A stretch of 64,000 nucleotides of DNA from an uncultured Alphaproteobacteria bacterium (GCA_963742695.1 CAVUNF010000030.1:174580-238579), one strand, 5' to 3'. Positions 1 to 14,723 are shown, counted from the stretch's first letter. Program-made: numbers and translations. The notes: generated by a model not told the origin, from the sequence alone.

Positions 1-330
1 TCTTGGGATGAATTCGCTCCAGAAGATGCGTCGAGGTGATGTAGGCGAGATCGAACGGCGGCTCCTGCCGCAGCAGGATGACGTCGAAGGCGTCCAGCGG
101 CTGGCGCTTGCGGCTCGCCGAGCGTGAAATGATTGCCGGCCTCGTCGCGCACGGTCAGCAGCCTGCACCGGCGCCACCAGCTCCTCGCCGCGCAGCGAGA
201 GCTTGTCCGGCGTGTAATAGGACAGTCCGTGGCCGCGCTTTTGCGCTTCCAGCAGCAGGGCAAAGGTCGAATCGCCGCGGATGTTGATGCGCTCGATGGG
301 GTCCATCTGGACGGCGACATTCAATTTCAT
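1..330 (-). CDS. gshB: glutathione synthetase (5' part, runs off window edge; indels)
   Basis: Manual translation from ATG at 330: [34 protein letters not shown], a typical GshB N-terminus. Confidence 0.9.
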   Translation of the reverse strand, partial: MKLNVAVQMDPIERINIRGDSTFALLLEAQKRGHGLSYYTPDKLSLRGEELVAPVQAADRARRGRQSFHARRAASASRWTPSTSSCCGRSRRSISPTSPRRIFWSEFIPR

Positions 331-367
331 GGGGTTGGCCTCGGCGTTGGTTCGAGGAAAGCGGGTT

Positions 368-782
368 TCAGGTGCTGGCGTCGAATGCCGCTAACAGATG
401 GCGCGGCAAGCGCCGCGGCGCAATCAGCACGGCGTCGAAACGCAGCTCAAATTCGGCATGTTCGGGATGCGCCATCAGCCAGGCCTTGCGCGGCGGCGAT
501 GATGCGCGCCTGCTGGCGCGGCGTCACCGCATAGGCGGCGTCATCGAGGCTGGCGCGGGCCTTGACCTCGACAAAGGCGATCAGGTTGCGCCGGCGCGCC
601 ACCAGGTCGATCTCGCCATAGGGCGTGCGAAACCGCTTTGCCAGGATGCGATAGCCCTTGGCCATCAGCCAGGCGGCGGCGCGGCTTTCGGCGGAGAGGC
701 CGGTGCGAAACGCCGCAACGCGCGCCGGCGAGGCGATTTTGGCAAGCTTGTCAGGCGGCAAGGCGCCGTCAGTCTTCGCCAT
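368..782 (-). CDS. yraN: YraN family (UPF0102) protein, one frameshift
   Basis: [44 protein letters not shown]; C-terminus [18 protein letters not shown] in a shifted frame. Confidence 0.88.
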
Positions 783-1733
783 CGTCGCCTTTCGCGCTTC
801 GACGTTTCTTTGGCGAGCTCCAGCGCGCGGGCATAGATCTCGCGGCGCGGCCGGCCCGACAGTTCGACCGCATGCGCCACCGCATCCTTGACGCTGTCGC
901 GCTGCAGCCGGCTGCGCAACAGATCGTCCAGTTGATCGCGCGGCCATGACCAGCGCATCGGCCGGCGGCGGGCCGATCACCAGCACGAATTCGCCGCGCG
1001 TCTCCAGCGTGCCGGCGGCCAAGGCCAGCTCGGAGACCGGCGCGCGCAAGACCTCTTCATGCAGTTTGGTCATTTCGCGGCAGATCGCGCCGTCGCGCGC
1101 GCCCATGATGTCGGCGAGATCGGCAAGCGTGTCCTGGACGCGGTTGCCGGATTCGAACATGACCAGCGTCGCGTCGATCCGCGCGAGTTCCGCAAGCCGC
1201 GTGCGGCGCGCGCCCTCCTGCGACGGCAAAAACCCTTCGAAGAAAAACCGGTCGGTGGGCAGTGCCGCCACCGCCAGCGCCGCCAGCACCGAGGAAGGCC
1301 CGGGCAGCGCGATCACCGCATGGCCGGCGGCGCAAACCTCGCGCACCAGCTTGAAGCCGGGATCGGAAATCAGCGGCGTGCCGGCGTCCGAGACCAGGGC
1401 GATGGAGGCGCCCTGCGCCAGCTTTTCCAGGATTTTCGGCCGCGCCAGCGCGGCGTTGTGCTCGTGATAGGGTTTTAACAGCGCCGAGATCGCATAGCGC
1501 TCGGTCAGCCGGCGGGTGATGCGGGTATCTTCGCAGGCGATGATGTCGACGCCGGCCAGCGTTTCCAGCGCGCGCAAGGTGATGTCGCCGAGATTGCCGA
1601 TCGGCGTTGCCACCAGATGAAGGCCGGGAACCGCCTTCGGCGCGGTCAGGACGTGGCCGCCCAGCGAAAATGTGCGCGGCGAGGCTCCGGTCGGGCCTTC
1701 AATTGTATTTATGGGAGCAGCTTTTGCGCGCAT
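769..1733 (-). CDS. rsmI: 16S rRNA (cytidine1402-2'-O)-methyltransferase, frameshifted near C-terminus
   Basis: [48 protein letters not shown] motifs. Confidence 0.93.
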
Positions 1734-1943
1734 AGTGCCAATCTAGAGGGGACGAAGGCGCTTGCGCCACAATTCGTGCGCCGTCTGGGACGCCGGCGCA
1801 CCGCGGGAGGAGCCAGGGTTCCTGCAACCGGCGGCCGCGCCGTTCGGCCATAATCCTTTTGTTTTGGTTAACTATTCGCCGACAATATGCCTGAATCCAC
1901 CCTCCTGATCGTCGGAGGCTAGGTTGCGAGAGATAGAGATACG

Positions 1944-3189
1944 ATGGTGGGGCCGCGAAATCCCAAGGATCTGCCCAAGGAAAAGGCTGATGATCTGACC
2001 AAATCCCGAGCCGTCGGGGGCAACCCGGCGGACGGCGGTTGGCCTGATTCTCGGGGCGCCCTTGCTTGGCGCCTGCGCCGGCGTGCAGCAAAGTCTCAGC
2101 TCGTTTTCCAATCCGTTCAGCTCGCAGCCCGGCACCTCCGGGCCGCCGCAGCAGCCGCTCGTCGTCGGCACCGGGCAGGTCAAGGTGGGCCTGATCCTGC
2201 CGCTGTCGGCCGCCGGCAATGCCGGCGTCGCCGCGCAGTCGATGAAGAATGCCGCCGAGATGGCGCTGGCGGAATTCCAGAATCCCAATATCCAGCTCCT
2301 GATCAAGGATGATGCCGGCAATCCGCAGGGCGCGCAGCAGGGAACGCAGCAGGCGCTCGACGAAGGCGCGGAGATCATTCTGGGTCCGCTGTTTGCGCTG
2401 TCGGTGCCGGCGACCGCCCAGCTGGCGCGCACGCGCGGCGTCTCCGTGATCGCGTTCTCGACCGATTCCAGCGTGGCCGGCCGCGGCGTCTATCTGCTGA
2501 GCTTCCTGCCGGAGTCCGACGTCAACCGCATCGTCGAATACGCCGCCAGCACCGGCAAACGGTCTTTTGCGGCGTTGCTGCCGGACAATGCCTATGGCAA
2601 TGTGGTCGAAGTCGCGTTCAAGCAGGCGGTCGGCCGCCGGGGCGGGCGCATCGTCGCGTTCGAGAAATACGGCGCCGACCGCGCCGCCGCGGCGCGAACG
2701 GTGGCGCAGGCGCTCGGCCAGGCCGATGCGCTTTTCATCGCCGATGACGGCGACTCCGTGGTGACGGTGGCCGACGCGCTGACGGCAGCCGGCGCCAATC
2801 TGAAAAACATCCAGCTGCTCGGCACCGGTCTGTGGGACAATCCGCGGGTGTTCGCGAGCCCGGCCTTGCAGGGCGGCCTTTATGCCGCGCCCGATCCATC
2901 CGGCTTCCGAAGTTTCTCCGGCCGCTACCGCGCCAAATTCGGCGCCGATCCGGTGCGCACCGCGACGCTGGCCTATGACGCGGTGGCGCTGGTCGCCGCA
3001 TTGGCGCGAACCCAAGGGCCGCAACGGTTTGCGCCGGAAGTGCTGACCAATCCGTCCGGCTTTGCCGGCATCGACGGCCTGTTTCGGTTCCGCTCCGACG
3101 GCACCAACGAACGCGGCCTGGCCGTGATGCGCGTGGGATCGGGCGGCAGCTCGCCGGTCGCCGGCTCGCCGAAGAGCTTTGGCGCTTAG
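1944..3189 (+). CDS. penicillin-binding protein activator (LpoA/YraM-like periplasmic binding fold lipoprotein), frameshift near start
   Basis: Lipobox-like LGAC, KVGLILPLS, IILGPLFA, LAYDAVALVAAL; divergent from rsmI as usual. Confidence 0.8.
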
Positions 3190-3270
3190 AGAGTTTTGGC
3201 GCTTGGAGCGGTGTGAGCCGGGCCCCATTCTATCTTTGCATGGGCTCGTTTTCGCGATTTTGTGTTTGGG

Positions 3271-4430
3271 CTACGCCGCCAGATCCGCGACCACGGCATC
3301 GAGCACGGGAAATCCGGCTTGCGTCACCCGCAGCCGGCCGCTGGCATCGACGGTGATGGCGCCTTCTTCGCGCAGGATGGCGATGCGGCCGGGATCGAGC
3401 GTGCGGCCGGATAACGCCGCGTAGCGCTCGGGATCGATGCCTTCGGCCAGCCGCAGGCCCATCAGCAGAAATTCATCGGCGCGCTCTTCGCTGTTGAGGA
3501 GATCGTCGGTGACGACGCCATGGCCGGTGGCCTCGACCCGCATCAGCCAGGCCTCGGGGCGCTTTTCGGTGGCGATGGCGTGCCGCATGCCCTCGATATC
3601 GAGGCGGCCATGGGCGCCGGGGCCGATGCCGGCATATTCCTCGCCGCGCCAGTAGACCAGATTATGTTTGCACTCGGCGCCGGGCCGCGCGTGATTGGAA
3701 ATCTCGTAGGACGGCAACCCGTGCTGGGCGCAGACTTCCTGCGTCACATCGTACAGCGCGCGCGCCATCGCTTCGTCCGGCGTCTTCAGTTTGCCGGCGG
3801 CGTGCAGACCGAAGAACGGCGTGCCCTCTTCGATGGTGAGCTGATAGAGCGACAGATGCTCGGCCGCTTCCGAGATCGCGAGCTTCAGTTCGTCCGCCCA
3901 CATCTGCGGCGTCTGATCGGGGCGGGCGTAGATCAGGTCGAACGAATAGCGATCGAAGGCGGTGCGCGCGATCGCGACCGCGTCGAGCGCTTCGCGCGCG
4001 GTATGCAGCCGTCCCAGCGCCTTCAGCGAAGCATCGTCGAGCGCCTGCACGCCGAGCGACACCCGGTTGACGCCGGCGGCGCGGTAGCCGCGCAAAGCGC
4101 GTCGCCTCGACGCTGGTCGGGTTGGCTTCCAGCGTGACTTCCACGTCAGGCGCGACGCGCCAGTGCTTTGCCGATCGCATCCAGAATGGCGCCGACGGTT
4201 TGCGGCCGCATCAGCGACGGCGTGCCGCCGCCGAGAAAGATCGACGACACTTCGCGGCCCGGCGCGCGCGCGGCGGTGGTCTCGATCTCGCGCTCGAACG
4301 CGCGGGCAAATCGCTCTTCATCGATCGGCGCATGCCGGACATGGCTGTTGAAATCGCAATACGGACATTTCGACAGGCAGAACGGCCAGTGCACGTAAAC
4401 GCCGAAGGCTGCTCTGGCCGCGTCCGTCAC
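3271..4430 (-). CDS. hemW: radical SAM heme chaperone, frameshift near 4095
   Basis: [21 protein letters not shown] (CxxxCxxC), [22 protein letters not shown]. Confidence 0.92.
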
Positions 4431-5055
4431 AGGCAAATCTCCGCCAGCTTGACGAAGGCGCGGGCGCGATGCGACAGCCCGAGCCCGAGCGGCGGCAGGC
4501 CGTGCTTCTCGATGCTGGTCATTTCGCCGAAGGTGCGCGTGTGTCCATCGGGCAGGAACGCCGGATCGTAACCGAAGCCGGCGGTGCCGCGCGGCGGCCA
4601 CACCAGCGTGCCGTCGGCGCGCGCCTCGACTTCTTCGAGATGACCGTCGGGCCAGGCGACGCACAGTGCGGAAACGAAATGCGCCTTGCGCTGCGCAGGC
4701 TTGCGTGGCGCCGCGCTCCTGCAGCAGCCGTTCGATCCGCGTCATCGCGGCGCCAAAGTCCTTGTTCGGCCCGGCCCAGCGCGCCGAGAAAATCCCGGGC
4801 GCGCCATCGAGCGCGTCGACCACCAATCCGGAATCGTCGGCGAAAGCCGGCAGTTGCGCGGCTTGTGCCGCGGCGATCGCCTTGATCGTCGCATTGGCGC
4901 GAAAGGTGTCGCCGGTCTCGTCGGGTTCGCCGAGGCCGAGCTCGCCGGCCGAGACCGCCTCGACGCCGTGCGGCGCCAGCAGTTCGCGCATCTCGGCGAG
5001 CTTGCCGGGATTGTGGGTCGCGATCACGAGCTTGCCGGTGATTCGACGGTGTCAT
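4427..5055 (-). CDS. rdgB: non-canonical purine NTP pyrophosphatase, frameshifted
   Basis: [22 protein letters not shown]; GFGYDP and SHRARA in another frame; sits between rph and hemW. Confidence 0.9.
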
Positions 5056-5124
5056 GCAGCATTATAATCCGTCATGGCCAGCCTGTCCCGGCTCAGCGTC
5101 TAGCTGGCATACGACCTGTTTGAA

Positions 5125-5839
5125 TCACGCCACGGCCATTTTCTGCAGGTCCACCAGCCGCGCCACGCCCTTGCGGGCCAGCGCCATCAGCGCCAGGAAT
5201 TCGTCCTGCGAGAACGGCGTCTTTTCGGCGGTGCCCTGCACCTCGATGATGCGGCCATCGCCGGTCATGACGAAATTGGCGTCGGTATCGGCTTCGGAAT
5301 CCTCGGCGTAATCGAGGTCGAGCACCGGCGTGCCGTTATAGATGCCGCAGGAGATCGCCGCGACATTGTCGCGCAGCACGTTGGCTCTTGATCATGTTGC
5401 GGGTCTTCATCCAGCCGATGCAGTCGGCCAGCGCCACCCAGGCGCCGGTGATCGAGGCGGTGCGGGTGCCGCCATCGGCCTGGATCACGTCGCAATCCAC
5501 GGTGATCTGGCGTTCGCCCAGCGCTTCGAGGTCGACCGCGGCGCGCAGCGAGCGGCCGATCAGGCGCTGGATTTCGACGGTGCGGCCGCTTTGCTTGCCG
5601 GCGGAGGCCTCGCGGCGGGTGCGCTCCAGCGTGGCGCGCGGCAGCATGCCGTATTCGGCCGTGACCCAGCCGCGGCCCTGGCCCTTGAGCCAGGGCGGCA
5701 GCCGCTCTTCCAGCGTCGCCGTCACCAGCACATGGGTGTCGCCGAATTTGACCATGCAGGAACCTTCGGCGTATTTGACCACGCCGCGTTCCAGCGACAC
5801 GGCGCGCAGTTCATCCGGCGCACGGCGGCTTGGCCGCAT
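5125..5839 (-). CDS. rph: ribonuclease PH, frameshift near 5385
   Basis: [55 protein letters not shown]. Confidence 0.95.
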
Positions 5840-5882
5840 GGGAAATCCTCCGAAAATTCAGATAAAGACAGGTCTCGCGGTG

Positions 5883-5912
5883 CTTGTAGGAGGGGGAAGC
5901 GGCAGCGGCAAG
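5883..5912 (-). promoter_or_regulatory. candidate RpoH (sigma32) promoter for rph-rdgB-hemW
   Basis: Minus strand reads CTTG-N18-CCTACAA, close to the alphaproteobacterial CTTG-N17/18-CCTATAT consensus. Confidence 0.4.
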
Positions 5913-6008
5913 GCCTTTGGGCCCCCATGGAACCTGCTGGCGACTAATGCCTGCTTGTCACCGGCTCCTGTGATAGACAGATTAGGTCTAAGCTTGAGGG
6001 AGTATCCT

Positions 6009-7098
6009 GTGGCCCACCACGATCCGATCGGCCTGATCGCGCCGAACGCCGGGCTCGCCCAGCTCAACGAGCGCTCGCGCGATATATTTCGTCAAATCGT
6101 CGAGAGTTATCTGGCGACCGGCGAACCCGTCGGCTCGCGCAACATCTCGCGCCTGATCGCGGTGCCGCTGTCGCCGGCCTCGGTGCGCAACGTGATGTCG
6201 GATCTCGAAGCAGCTCGGCCTGATCTACGCGCCGCACACCTCGGCCGGCCGGCTGCCGACCGAACTGGGCTTGCGGTTTTTCGTCGATGCCCTGATGCAG
6301 GTCGGCGATCTCACCGAGCCGGAGCGGCAGTCGATCCAGACCCAGCTTGCTTCCGTCGGCAAGGCGCAATCGGTCGAGGCCGCGCTCGGCGAAGCCCTGA
6401 CCCGGCTGTCCGGCCTGACGCGCGCGGCGGCGGTGGTGCTGACCGCAAAATCCAATTCGCGGCTGAAACATATCGAATTCGTGCGGCTGGAGCCGGAGCG
6501 GGCGCTGGTGGTGCTGGTCGGCGAAGACGGCCAGGTCGAGAACCGCGTGCTGACGCTGCCGCCCGGCGTTCCCTCGTCGGCGCTGACGGAAGCCAGCAAT
6601 TTTCTCAATGCGCGGATTCGCGGGCGCACGCTGGCCGAGGCGCGTCTCGAACTCGAAACCGCGTTGACGCAGAGCCGCACCGAACTCGACCAACTGACCC
6701 AGAAGGTCATCTCCGCGGGAATCGCGAGCTGGTCCGGCGGCGACAACGACGACCGGCAGCTGATCGTGCGCGGTCATGCCAATCTGCTGGAAGACCTGCA
6801 CGCGCTGGAAGATCTGGAGCGGGTGAGATTGCTGTTCGACGATCTCGAGACCAAGCGCGGCGTGATCGATCTGTTGGGACGCGCGGAACGCGCCGAAGGC
6901 GTGCGGATTTTCATCGGATCGGAAAACAAGCTGTTCTCGCTGTCCGGATCGTCCACCATCATCGCGCCCTATAGCGATGGCGCGGGCCATATCGTCGGCG
7001 TTCTCGGCGTGATCGGGCCGACACGGCTCAACTATGCCCGGGTCATTCCGACGGTGGATTATGCGGCCCGCATCGTCAGCCGGATGCTGGGCGGATGA
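6009..7098 (+). CDS. hrcA: heat-inducible transcription repressor, frameshift near 6215
   Basis: [55 protein letters not shown]. Confidence 0.95.
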
Positions 7099-7205
7099 TC
7101 TCGCCGGTACGGGCAGGTTGCGCTTGATTTTCTGCGCCTAAAGCACGATATCCGCGCTAGCAACTCCCCCATTGTTCCCAAGAACGATTTCGAGAAGGCA
7201 ATCTC

Positions 7206-7811
7206 ATGGCCGATCCCAACGGGCAAAAGGACAATCCGGCGAATCCCGCCCAGGACGCCGAGCCTGTGGTTTCCAAGCCGTACATCATGCCCGACGATCC
7301 GGAAGAGGGATCGGCGGAAGCGCTTGCCAAGGAAGTCGCCGACCAGCGCGACAAGATGCTGCGCACGCTGGCGGAGATGGAAAACCTGCGCAAGCGCACC
7401 GCGCGCGAAGTCGCCGATGCGCGCACCTACGGCATCACCGGTTTTGCGCGCGACGTGCTCGACATCGCCGACAATCTGCAGCGCGCGCTCGACGCGGTTC
7501 CGGCCGAGGCCAAGGCCACCGCCGATCCCGGCCTGAAGGCGCTGATCGAAGGCGTCGAGCTGACCGAGCGGTCGCTGCTCAACACGCTGGAGAAAAACGG
7601 CGTCAAGAAATTCGATCCGTCGGGCGAGAAGTTCGATCCGAATTTCCAGCAGGCGATGTACGAGGTTCCCGATCCGTCGGTGCCTGCGGGCACCGTGGTG
7701 CAGGTGGTGCAGGCCGGCTACATGATCGGCGAACGCGTGCTGCGGCCGGCGCTGGTCGCCGTCTCCAAGGGCGGCGCGAAGGCGGCGCCGGGCGCCGACG
7801 TCACGAGCTGA
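7206..7811 (+). CDS. grpE: nucleotide exchange factor GrpE
   Basis: [38 protein letters not shown]. Confidence 0.97.
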   Translation: MADPNGQKDNPANPAQDAEPVVSKPYIMPDDPEEGSAEALAKEVADQRDKMLRTLAEMENLRKRTAREVADARTYGITGFARDVLDIADNLQRALDAVPAEAKATADPGLKALIEGVELTERSLLNTLEKNGVKKFDPSGEKFDPNFQQAMYEVPDPSVPAGTVVQVVQAGYMIGERVLRPALVAVSKGGAKAAPGADVTS

Positions 7812-8284
7812 ACCGGCGATAAAGGACGGCGTCGCTTCCGCTCGCCTATGCTACCCGCCAGCGGCTTCTCGCCGACCTTCGGCCAGTAGGTGCCAAAACT
7901 CCAGAGATTGCCTTCCGGATCCCGGCAGGCGAAATCGCGGCTGCCGTAATCCGTGTTGTGCAATTCCATCTCGATCTTGGCGCCGGCGGCCTTTACCTTG
8001 GCGTGCAGCGCGTCTGGATCATTGACGGCGACATAGAGCGAATCGGTGCGGCGGCCGCCGATATCGCCGACCATCCGGCCATATTCGTCGTCGCGGCTCT
8101 GGCCCAGCATCAGGAGCGAGGAGCCGTAGGCGAGCTCGGCGTGCTGCACCACGCCGTCGCCGCGGTAGACGACGTATTCCGTGAAGCCAATGACGTCCTT
8201 CAACCAGCGCATCATGGCCTCGGCATCCCGGCAACGGATTGTGGGATAGAGGCGTGGCGCTTCGATGTTGCTGTTGTCCGTCAT
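7718..8284 (-). CDS. VOC/glyoxalase family protein (true stop probably near 7850)
   Basis: [48 protein letters not shown]. Confidence 0.85.
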   Translation of the reverse strand: MTDNSNIEAPRLYPTIRCRDAEAMMRWLKDVIGFTEYVVYRGDGVVQHAELAYGSSLLMLGQSRDDEYGRMVGDIGGRRTDSLYVAVNDPDALHAKVKAAGAKIEMELHNTDYGSRDFACRDPEGNLWSFGTYWPKVGEKPLAGSIGERKRRRPLSPVQLVTSAPGAAFAPPLETATSAGRSTRSPIM

Positions 8285-8317
8285 GGAGAACTCCTGCTCG
8301 ATTTATTGTCCATGCGA

Positions 8318-9212
8318 TCATGCGCGAAGTCGGGCGTCGTCCGCTTGAAGATTTGTTACCAGTCCGCGAATCGCGGGTTGCGGGCGTGTCAGCCGGCTAT
8401 CGGTCAGCGCCAGCCGTCGCGCCCAGGCCGTCGGCGGCTCGCCGGCAAGTGCTGCGAATTCGCGGACAAGATGCGCCTGATCCGAAAAACCGCTGTCCGC
8501 CGCGATCCCGGCCCAGCCGGACGACGTCCCGGTTCGCGCCAGCCGGCAAGCGCTGTGGAAGCGCATGATCCGCGCAAGCGGTTTTGGAGCGAGACCGAAT
8601 TCGGATCGAAAGCGATCGACGAGGTGCTTGCGGCTCCAGCCGATCTCCTGCGCCAGGGCGCCAATCCGGATCGCCGCCGCCACTCCGCGCCATCAGGCGA
8701 TAGGCAAATTCCAGCTCCGGCGACGGCAAATGGTTGGCGCGGCGCATGACGAAATCCTCGACGATATCGAAGCGGCGCTGCCAGCCGATCGTTGCGCCCA
8801 GACGCTCGCGTAGCCGCGAGCCCTCAGGCCCGAGCACGTCATCGATCTCGACCATGCGTGCGGCGAGGTCGACGACGGCACCGCCGAAAAACCTGTAAGC
8901 GCCGAGCGGCGTGAAATCCACCTGCACGCATTCGGCGCCGCCGTCGGATTCGATGTACACGGGTCCGGCATAAAGTCCCGCGGCGAAGCTGCGTTGGCGG
9001 TCGGTCGCAGCGGGATCGCGGCCGAGCGCGATCGAGAACGGTGTACCGAAGCTGATGATCAGCGGCACGGCAAGAGGTGCGGCCTCGCGCTGGCAAAACC
9101 GGCCGCGCATCATCTCGCGGTAACCGGAAATTGCCGAAATCAGACCGGCAGTCCGTTGCGACGGCGGACGGCGGACCATCTCGAACGCAACCGGAGCTCC
9201 GATATCCGACAT
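8318..9212 (-). CDS. AraC family transcriptional regulator, frameshift near 8680
   Basis: C-terminal HTH: LAQEIGWSRKHL..FRSEFGLAPK..ARIMRF, AADSGFSDQAHLVREF. Confidence 0.85.
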
Positions 9213-9220
9213 TTTCTTCC

Positions 9221-9939
9221 TCAGACCGCGATATCGCCCGATTGAATACGCTTGACGCCGGCCTTGGCCATATCCGCCCAGGCCTTGGCCAGCGAGCCCT
9301 GGGTGTCGATGCCGCGGCAGGCGTCTTCGATCACATAGGTTTCGAAACCGGCCTTGCGCGCATCCAGCGCGCTCCACGCGACGCAGAAATCGGTTGCGAG
9401 GCCTGCCATGAACAGGCGCTTCACCTTGCGCGCCTTCAGGTACGCGGCAAGCCCGGTGGTGGTCTTGCCGTCGGCCTCGGTGAAGGCGGAGTAGCTGTCG
9501 ACTTCCTTGTTGTATCCCTTCCGTATGACGAGGCCCGCATGCGCGATTGCAAGGTCCTTCGAAAGCGCTGCGCCCTCGGTGCCCTGCACGCAGTGATCCG
9601 GCCACAGCACCTGCTTGCCGTATTTGAGATCGACGGTCTCGAACGGCTTTTTGCCGCTATGGCTGGATGCGAACGAGACGTGGCCTGACGGTGTGCCAGT
9701 CCTGTGTCAGCACCACATTGGCAAAACCCTTGGCGATGCGATTGATCACCGGAACGACCTGATCGCCGTCTTTCACGGCGAGGCTGCCGCCGGGCAGGAA
9801 GCAGTTCTGAACATCGATCACCAGAAGCGCGGAGGCCTCGTCGGGCTTGATCGAAGCGGCTGCCCAAAGCTCGTTCGAAACCGCGGTCATGACGGCCGCC
9901 GTGCCCAGGCCTCGCCAGAATTTGCCTTCGGTCCAACAT
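9221..9939 (-). CDS. pncA: nicotinamidase/pyrazinamidase with N-terminal twin-Arg-like leader, frameshifted
   Basis: LLVIDVQNCF.PGGSLAV, TQDWH, LWPDHCVQG, IRKG..DSYSAF, GLATDFCV. Confidence 0.88.
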
Positions 9940-10051
9940 GCTGCATCTCCCTGTAAGATACGCCGTCGCCAGCAAATCACCTCGGCTGGAAAGCGTAAAG
10001 CCGCTTACCCGCGGGCGGGCGCACGAATCTTCGGCACAGCGCGCCTCGAAT

Positions 10052-10993
10052 TCAGCGCGGCTGAATTCCGTCGCGCACGGCGCGGAAACGCGGAAAGGCT
10101 TTCGCCCATTCGTCGCGCGGCGCGCTTCCGATGATGCGCAGCGCGCTCGATGCAGCCGAACCGCAACCATTGCACCACGGTGACGGGCGTATTGTCCTTG
10201 CCGCTGATCGCCTCGATGCGGGTCTCATAGCCGGGCGTGCCGTCGATGCGCTGACGGTTCGGACATCGTGATCCGGGCGTCGCGGACCCCGGGGATCGTG
10301 GTGGCGGCCTGTTGCGCAAAGCGGCCGCGATCCTCCGGCTGCGTCGGCGCGGATCCGATCATGCCGATCACCATGAAGGGCGCGGCTTCAAAGCCGGCGG
10401 CCTCGTCGCCGTCGGCGAGAATGAGGGCGGCGCCGGGCGCCAGCGTGCGGACATTCTTGAAATCGCTGAGTTCGCCGACCTTGAACGGCATCAGCCCGAG
10501 CTGCTCCTCGACCGGAACCTCCTTGCGGATCACGGCCGAGGCGAACATCTGCCGCACCGCGTCGTCGGTGTAGATTTTGGCGGCGTTCTCGGGAACCTGC
10601 ACGGCGACATAGCCGGAGAACGTGCCGCCCGGCAGGATCATCGAATAGCGCCGCACCGTGGTGGCGCCATCCTTGGCGTTTTCGCGGTGTAATAGGCAAG
10701 GCCGGCCGACGGTCTCGATGCTCTCGGGCTTGATGCCGCCGGTGCCGCCAGGATTGGCCTTGAAGGCGTTCATGACCTCGCCATAGGCCTCGGCCGGAAG
10801 CTCCGCCACCAACACCTTGACGCCCTGATCCTCGGTCTCGAATCCGGCGAATGTCTTGGCCCGGACCAGGCCCACGAGCGGGGTCATGCCGACCCGGACG
10901 CCCGGCGGGAAAACCGGGTCGGCTGCGAAGGCGGGCCCAGAGGCGGCGCGACAAGAGCAATCCCAGCGCGAACGTCAGTCGAAGGAGTTTCAT
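10052..10993 (-). CDS. conserved exported hypothetical protein, frameshifted
   Basis: Signal-peptide-like start MKLLRLTFALGLL; coherent body in ORF 10225..10887; C-terminus VVQWLRF..FPRFRAVRDGIQPR. Confidence 0.65.
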
Positions 10994-11398
10994 GAAAATC
11001 TACTGGGTTTGCATTGAGGCCGTTCAATGGTCGGCCGGCGCGACCATTTGGCGTGGCGGCCACGTTTTCGTATCCGCCTGCTTTAGCCGTTTTGCCGCTC
11101 CGGCAACAGGCCAGGCTGCGGATTCCGTTCCCGAAACGATCCGCTTGGGCGAGCGGAAAACGTCACTTTTTCACCCGATATGACCGACCGCGCCGTGCTG
11201 CCGTTGACCCAAGCCGCCGTGGTGCGTCTCGCCGGCGCCCGGCTGGACGTTCCCGGCCGGCGCCCGGGTCCGGTGCTGATCGCGTCGGCCTTCGCGGTCT
11301 CCGCGGATGCCGCTGCGCGCCTCGTCTGGGCCGGTCCTGGCCAGAGCTACTATCTTCCAAACTGTATGGTTTTCATGGGCTAAGGTTGCGTCACGGTC

Positions 11399-11426
11399 CT
11401 TGCAGGCCCCACCCCCCCTCCTATAT
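11399..11426 (+). promoter_or_regulatory. RpoH (sigma32) promoter of dnaKJ
   Basis: CTTG-N17-CCTATAT about 100 nt upstream of dnaK. Confidence 0.75.
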
Positions 11427-11459
11427 GAGGCTCACCGTCGCAATATCGCGAGCAATTGA

Positions 11460-13505
<2,046 letters not shown>

Positions 13506-13577
13506 TAAGCCGGAGGCTGCATGCTGAGCGACGCATTACCAGAGCAATGCGGACGAACTTCGGACGGGTTTTGACGG

Positions 13578-14723
13578 ATGTCCACCAAGCGCTGCTACTA
13601 CGAAACCCTTGAAGTCGAACGGACGGCGGACGAGCCCAAGCTCAAGGCGGCGTTCCGCAAGCTGGCGATGAAATGGCATCCGGACAAGAATCCGGGCGAT
13701 GCCTCCAGCGAAGTCCGCTTCAAGGAAATCAACGAAGCCTACGAAGTCCTGAAAGACGGCGACAAGCGCGCCGCCTACGACCGCTTCGGTCATGCCGCGT
13801 TCGAGCAAGGCGGCGGCGGTCCCGGCTTCGGCGCCGGCTTTGCGTCGTCATTCTCCGATATCTTCGAAGACCTGTTCGGCATGGCCGGGCAACGCGGGCG
13901 CGGCGGCGGACGCGAGCGTGGCGCCGACCTGCGCTACAACATGGAAATCACGCTGGAGGAAGCCTTCCTCGGCAAGACCGCCCAGATCGAGATTCCGGTT
14001 TCGGTGACCTGCGAATCCTGTTCGGGGACCGGTGCCAAGGCCGGCACCAAGCCGAAGACCTGCTCGATGTGCGGCGGGCAGGGGCGCGTGCGGCAGGCGC
14101 AAGGATTTTTCACGCTGGAGCGAACCTGTCCCGGCTGCCAGGGCCGCGGCCAGATGATCGAAGACCCCTGTCCCTCCTGCGTCGGCTCGGGGCGGGTGAC
14201 CCGCGAGCGGGCATTGTCGGTCAACATTCCGCAAGGCGTGGAAGACGGCACGCGCATCCGGCTGGCCGGCGAAGGCGAGGCCGGCGTCCGCGGCGGTCCG
14301 CCGGGCGATCTCTACATTTTTCTGTCGCTGGCCACGCACCAGTTCTTTCAGCGCGATAGCGCCGACCTGCATTGCCGCGTGCCGATCTCGATGGTGACGG
14401 CGGCCCTGGGCGGCGAATTCGAGGTCCCGACCATCGACAAGGGCAAGACCAAGGTGAAAGTCCCCTCGGGAACCCAGTCGGGCCGGCGTTTTCGCATTGC
14501 ATCAAAAGGCATGCCGGTGCTTCGCTCCCGCCAGACCGGCGACATGTACGTCCAGGTCGTGGTCGAAACGCCGCAGAATTTAACCAAGAAACAGCAAGAA
14601 TTGCTGGCCGAGTTCGAAAAATTATCGTCCGGTGCAACCCAACCCGAAGCGGCGGGTTTCTTCACCAAGGTCAAGGACTTCTTCGGTACCCGCAGCAGCT
14701 CCGCAATGACCGGTTCGGCTTGA
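13578..14723 (+). CDS. dnaJ: chaperone DnaJ
   Basis: HPD J-domain, G/F region, four CxxCxGxG repeats. Confidence 0.98.
   Translation: MSTKRCYYETLEVERTADEPKLKAAFRKLAMKWHPDKNPGDASSEVRFKEINEAYEVLKDGDKRAAYDRFGHAAFEQGGGGPGFGAGFASSFSDIFEDLFGMAGQRGRGGGRERGADLRYNMEITLEEAFLGKTAQIEIPVSVTCESCSGTGAKAGTKPKTCSMCGGQGRVRQAQGFFTLERTCPGCQGRGQMIEDPCPSCVGSGRVTRERALSVNIPQGVEDGTRIRLAGEGEAGVRGGPPGDLYIFLSLATHQFFQRDSADLHCRVPISMVTAALGGEFEVPTIDKGKTKVKVPSGTQSGRRFRIASKGMPVLRSRQTGDMYVQVVVETPQNLTKKQQELLAEFEKLSSGATQPEAAGFFTKVKDFFGTRSSSAMTGSA

Noticed and set aside
447-1733. RsmI-YraN fusion (and RdgB-HemW fusion at 4146-5027) suggested by the ORF track
   Set aside because: Artefacts of frameshifts joining adjacent overlapping genes.
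7123-7152. RpoH promoter for grpE (CTTG..ACGATAT)
   Set aside because: Plausible from context, but the -10 match is too weak to call.
11180-11383. 67-aa ORF upstream of dnaK
   Set aside because: No recognisable motif or clear RBS, so it cannot be supported as a gene.
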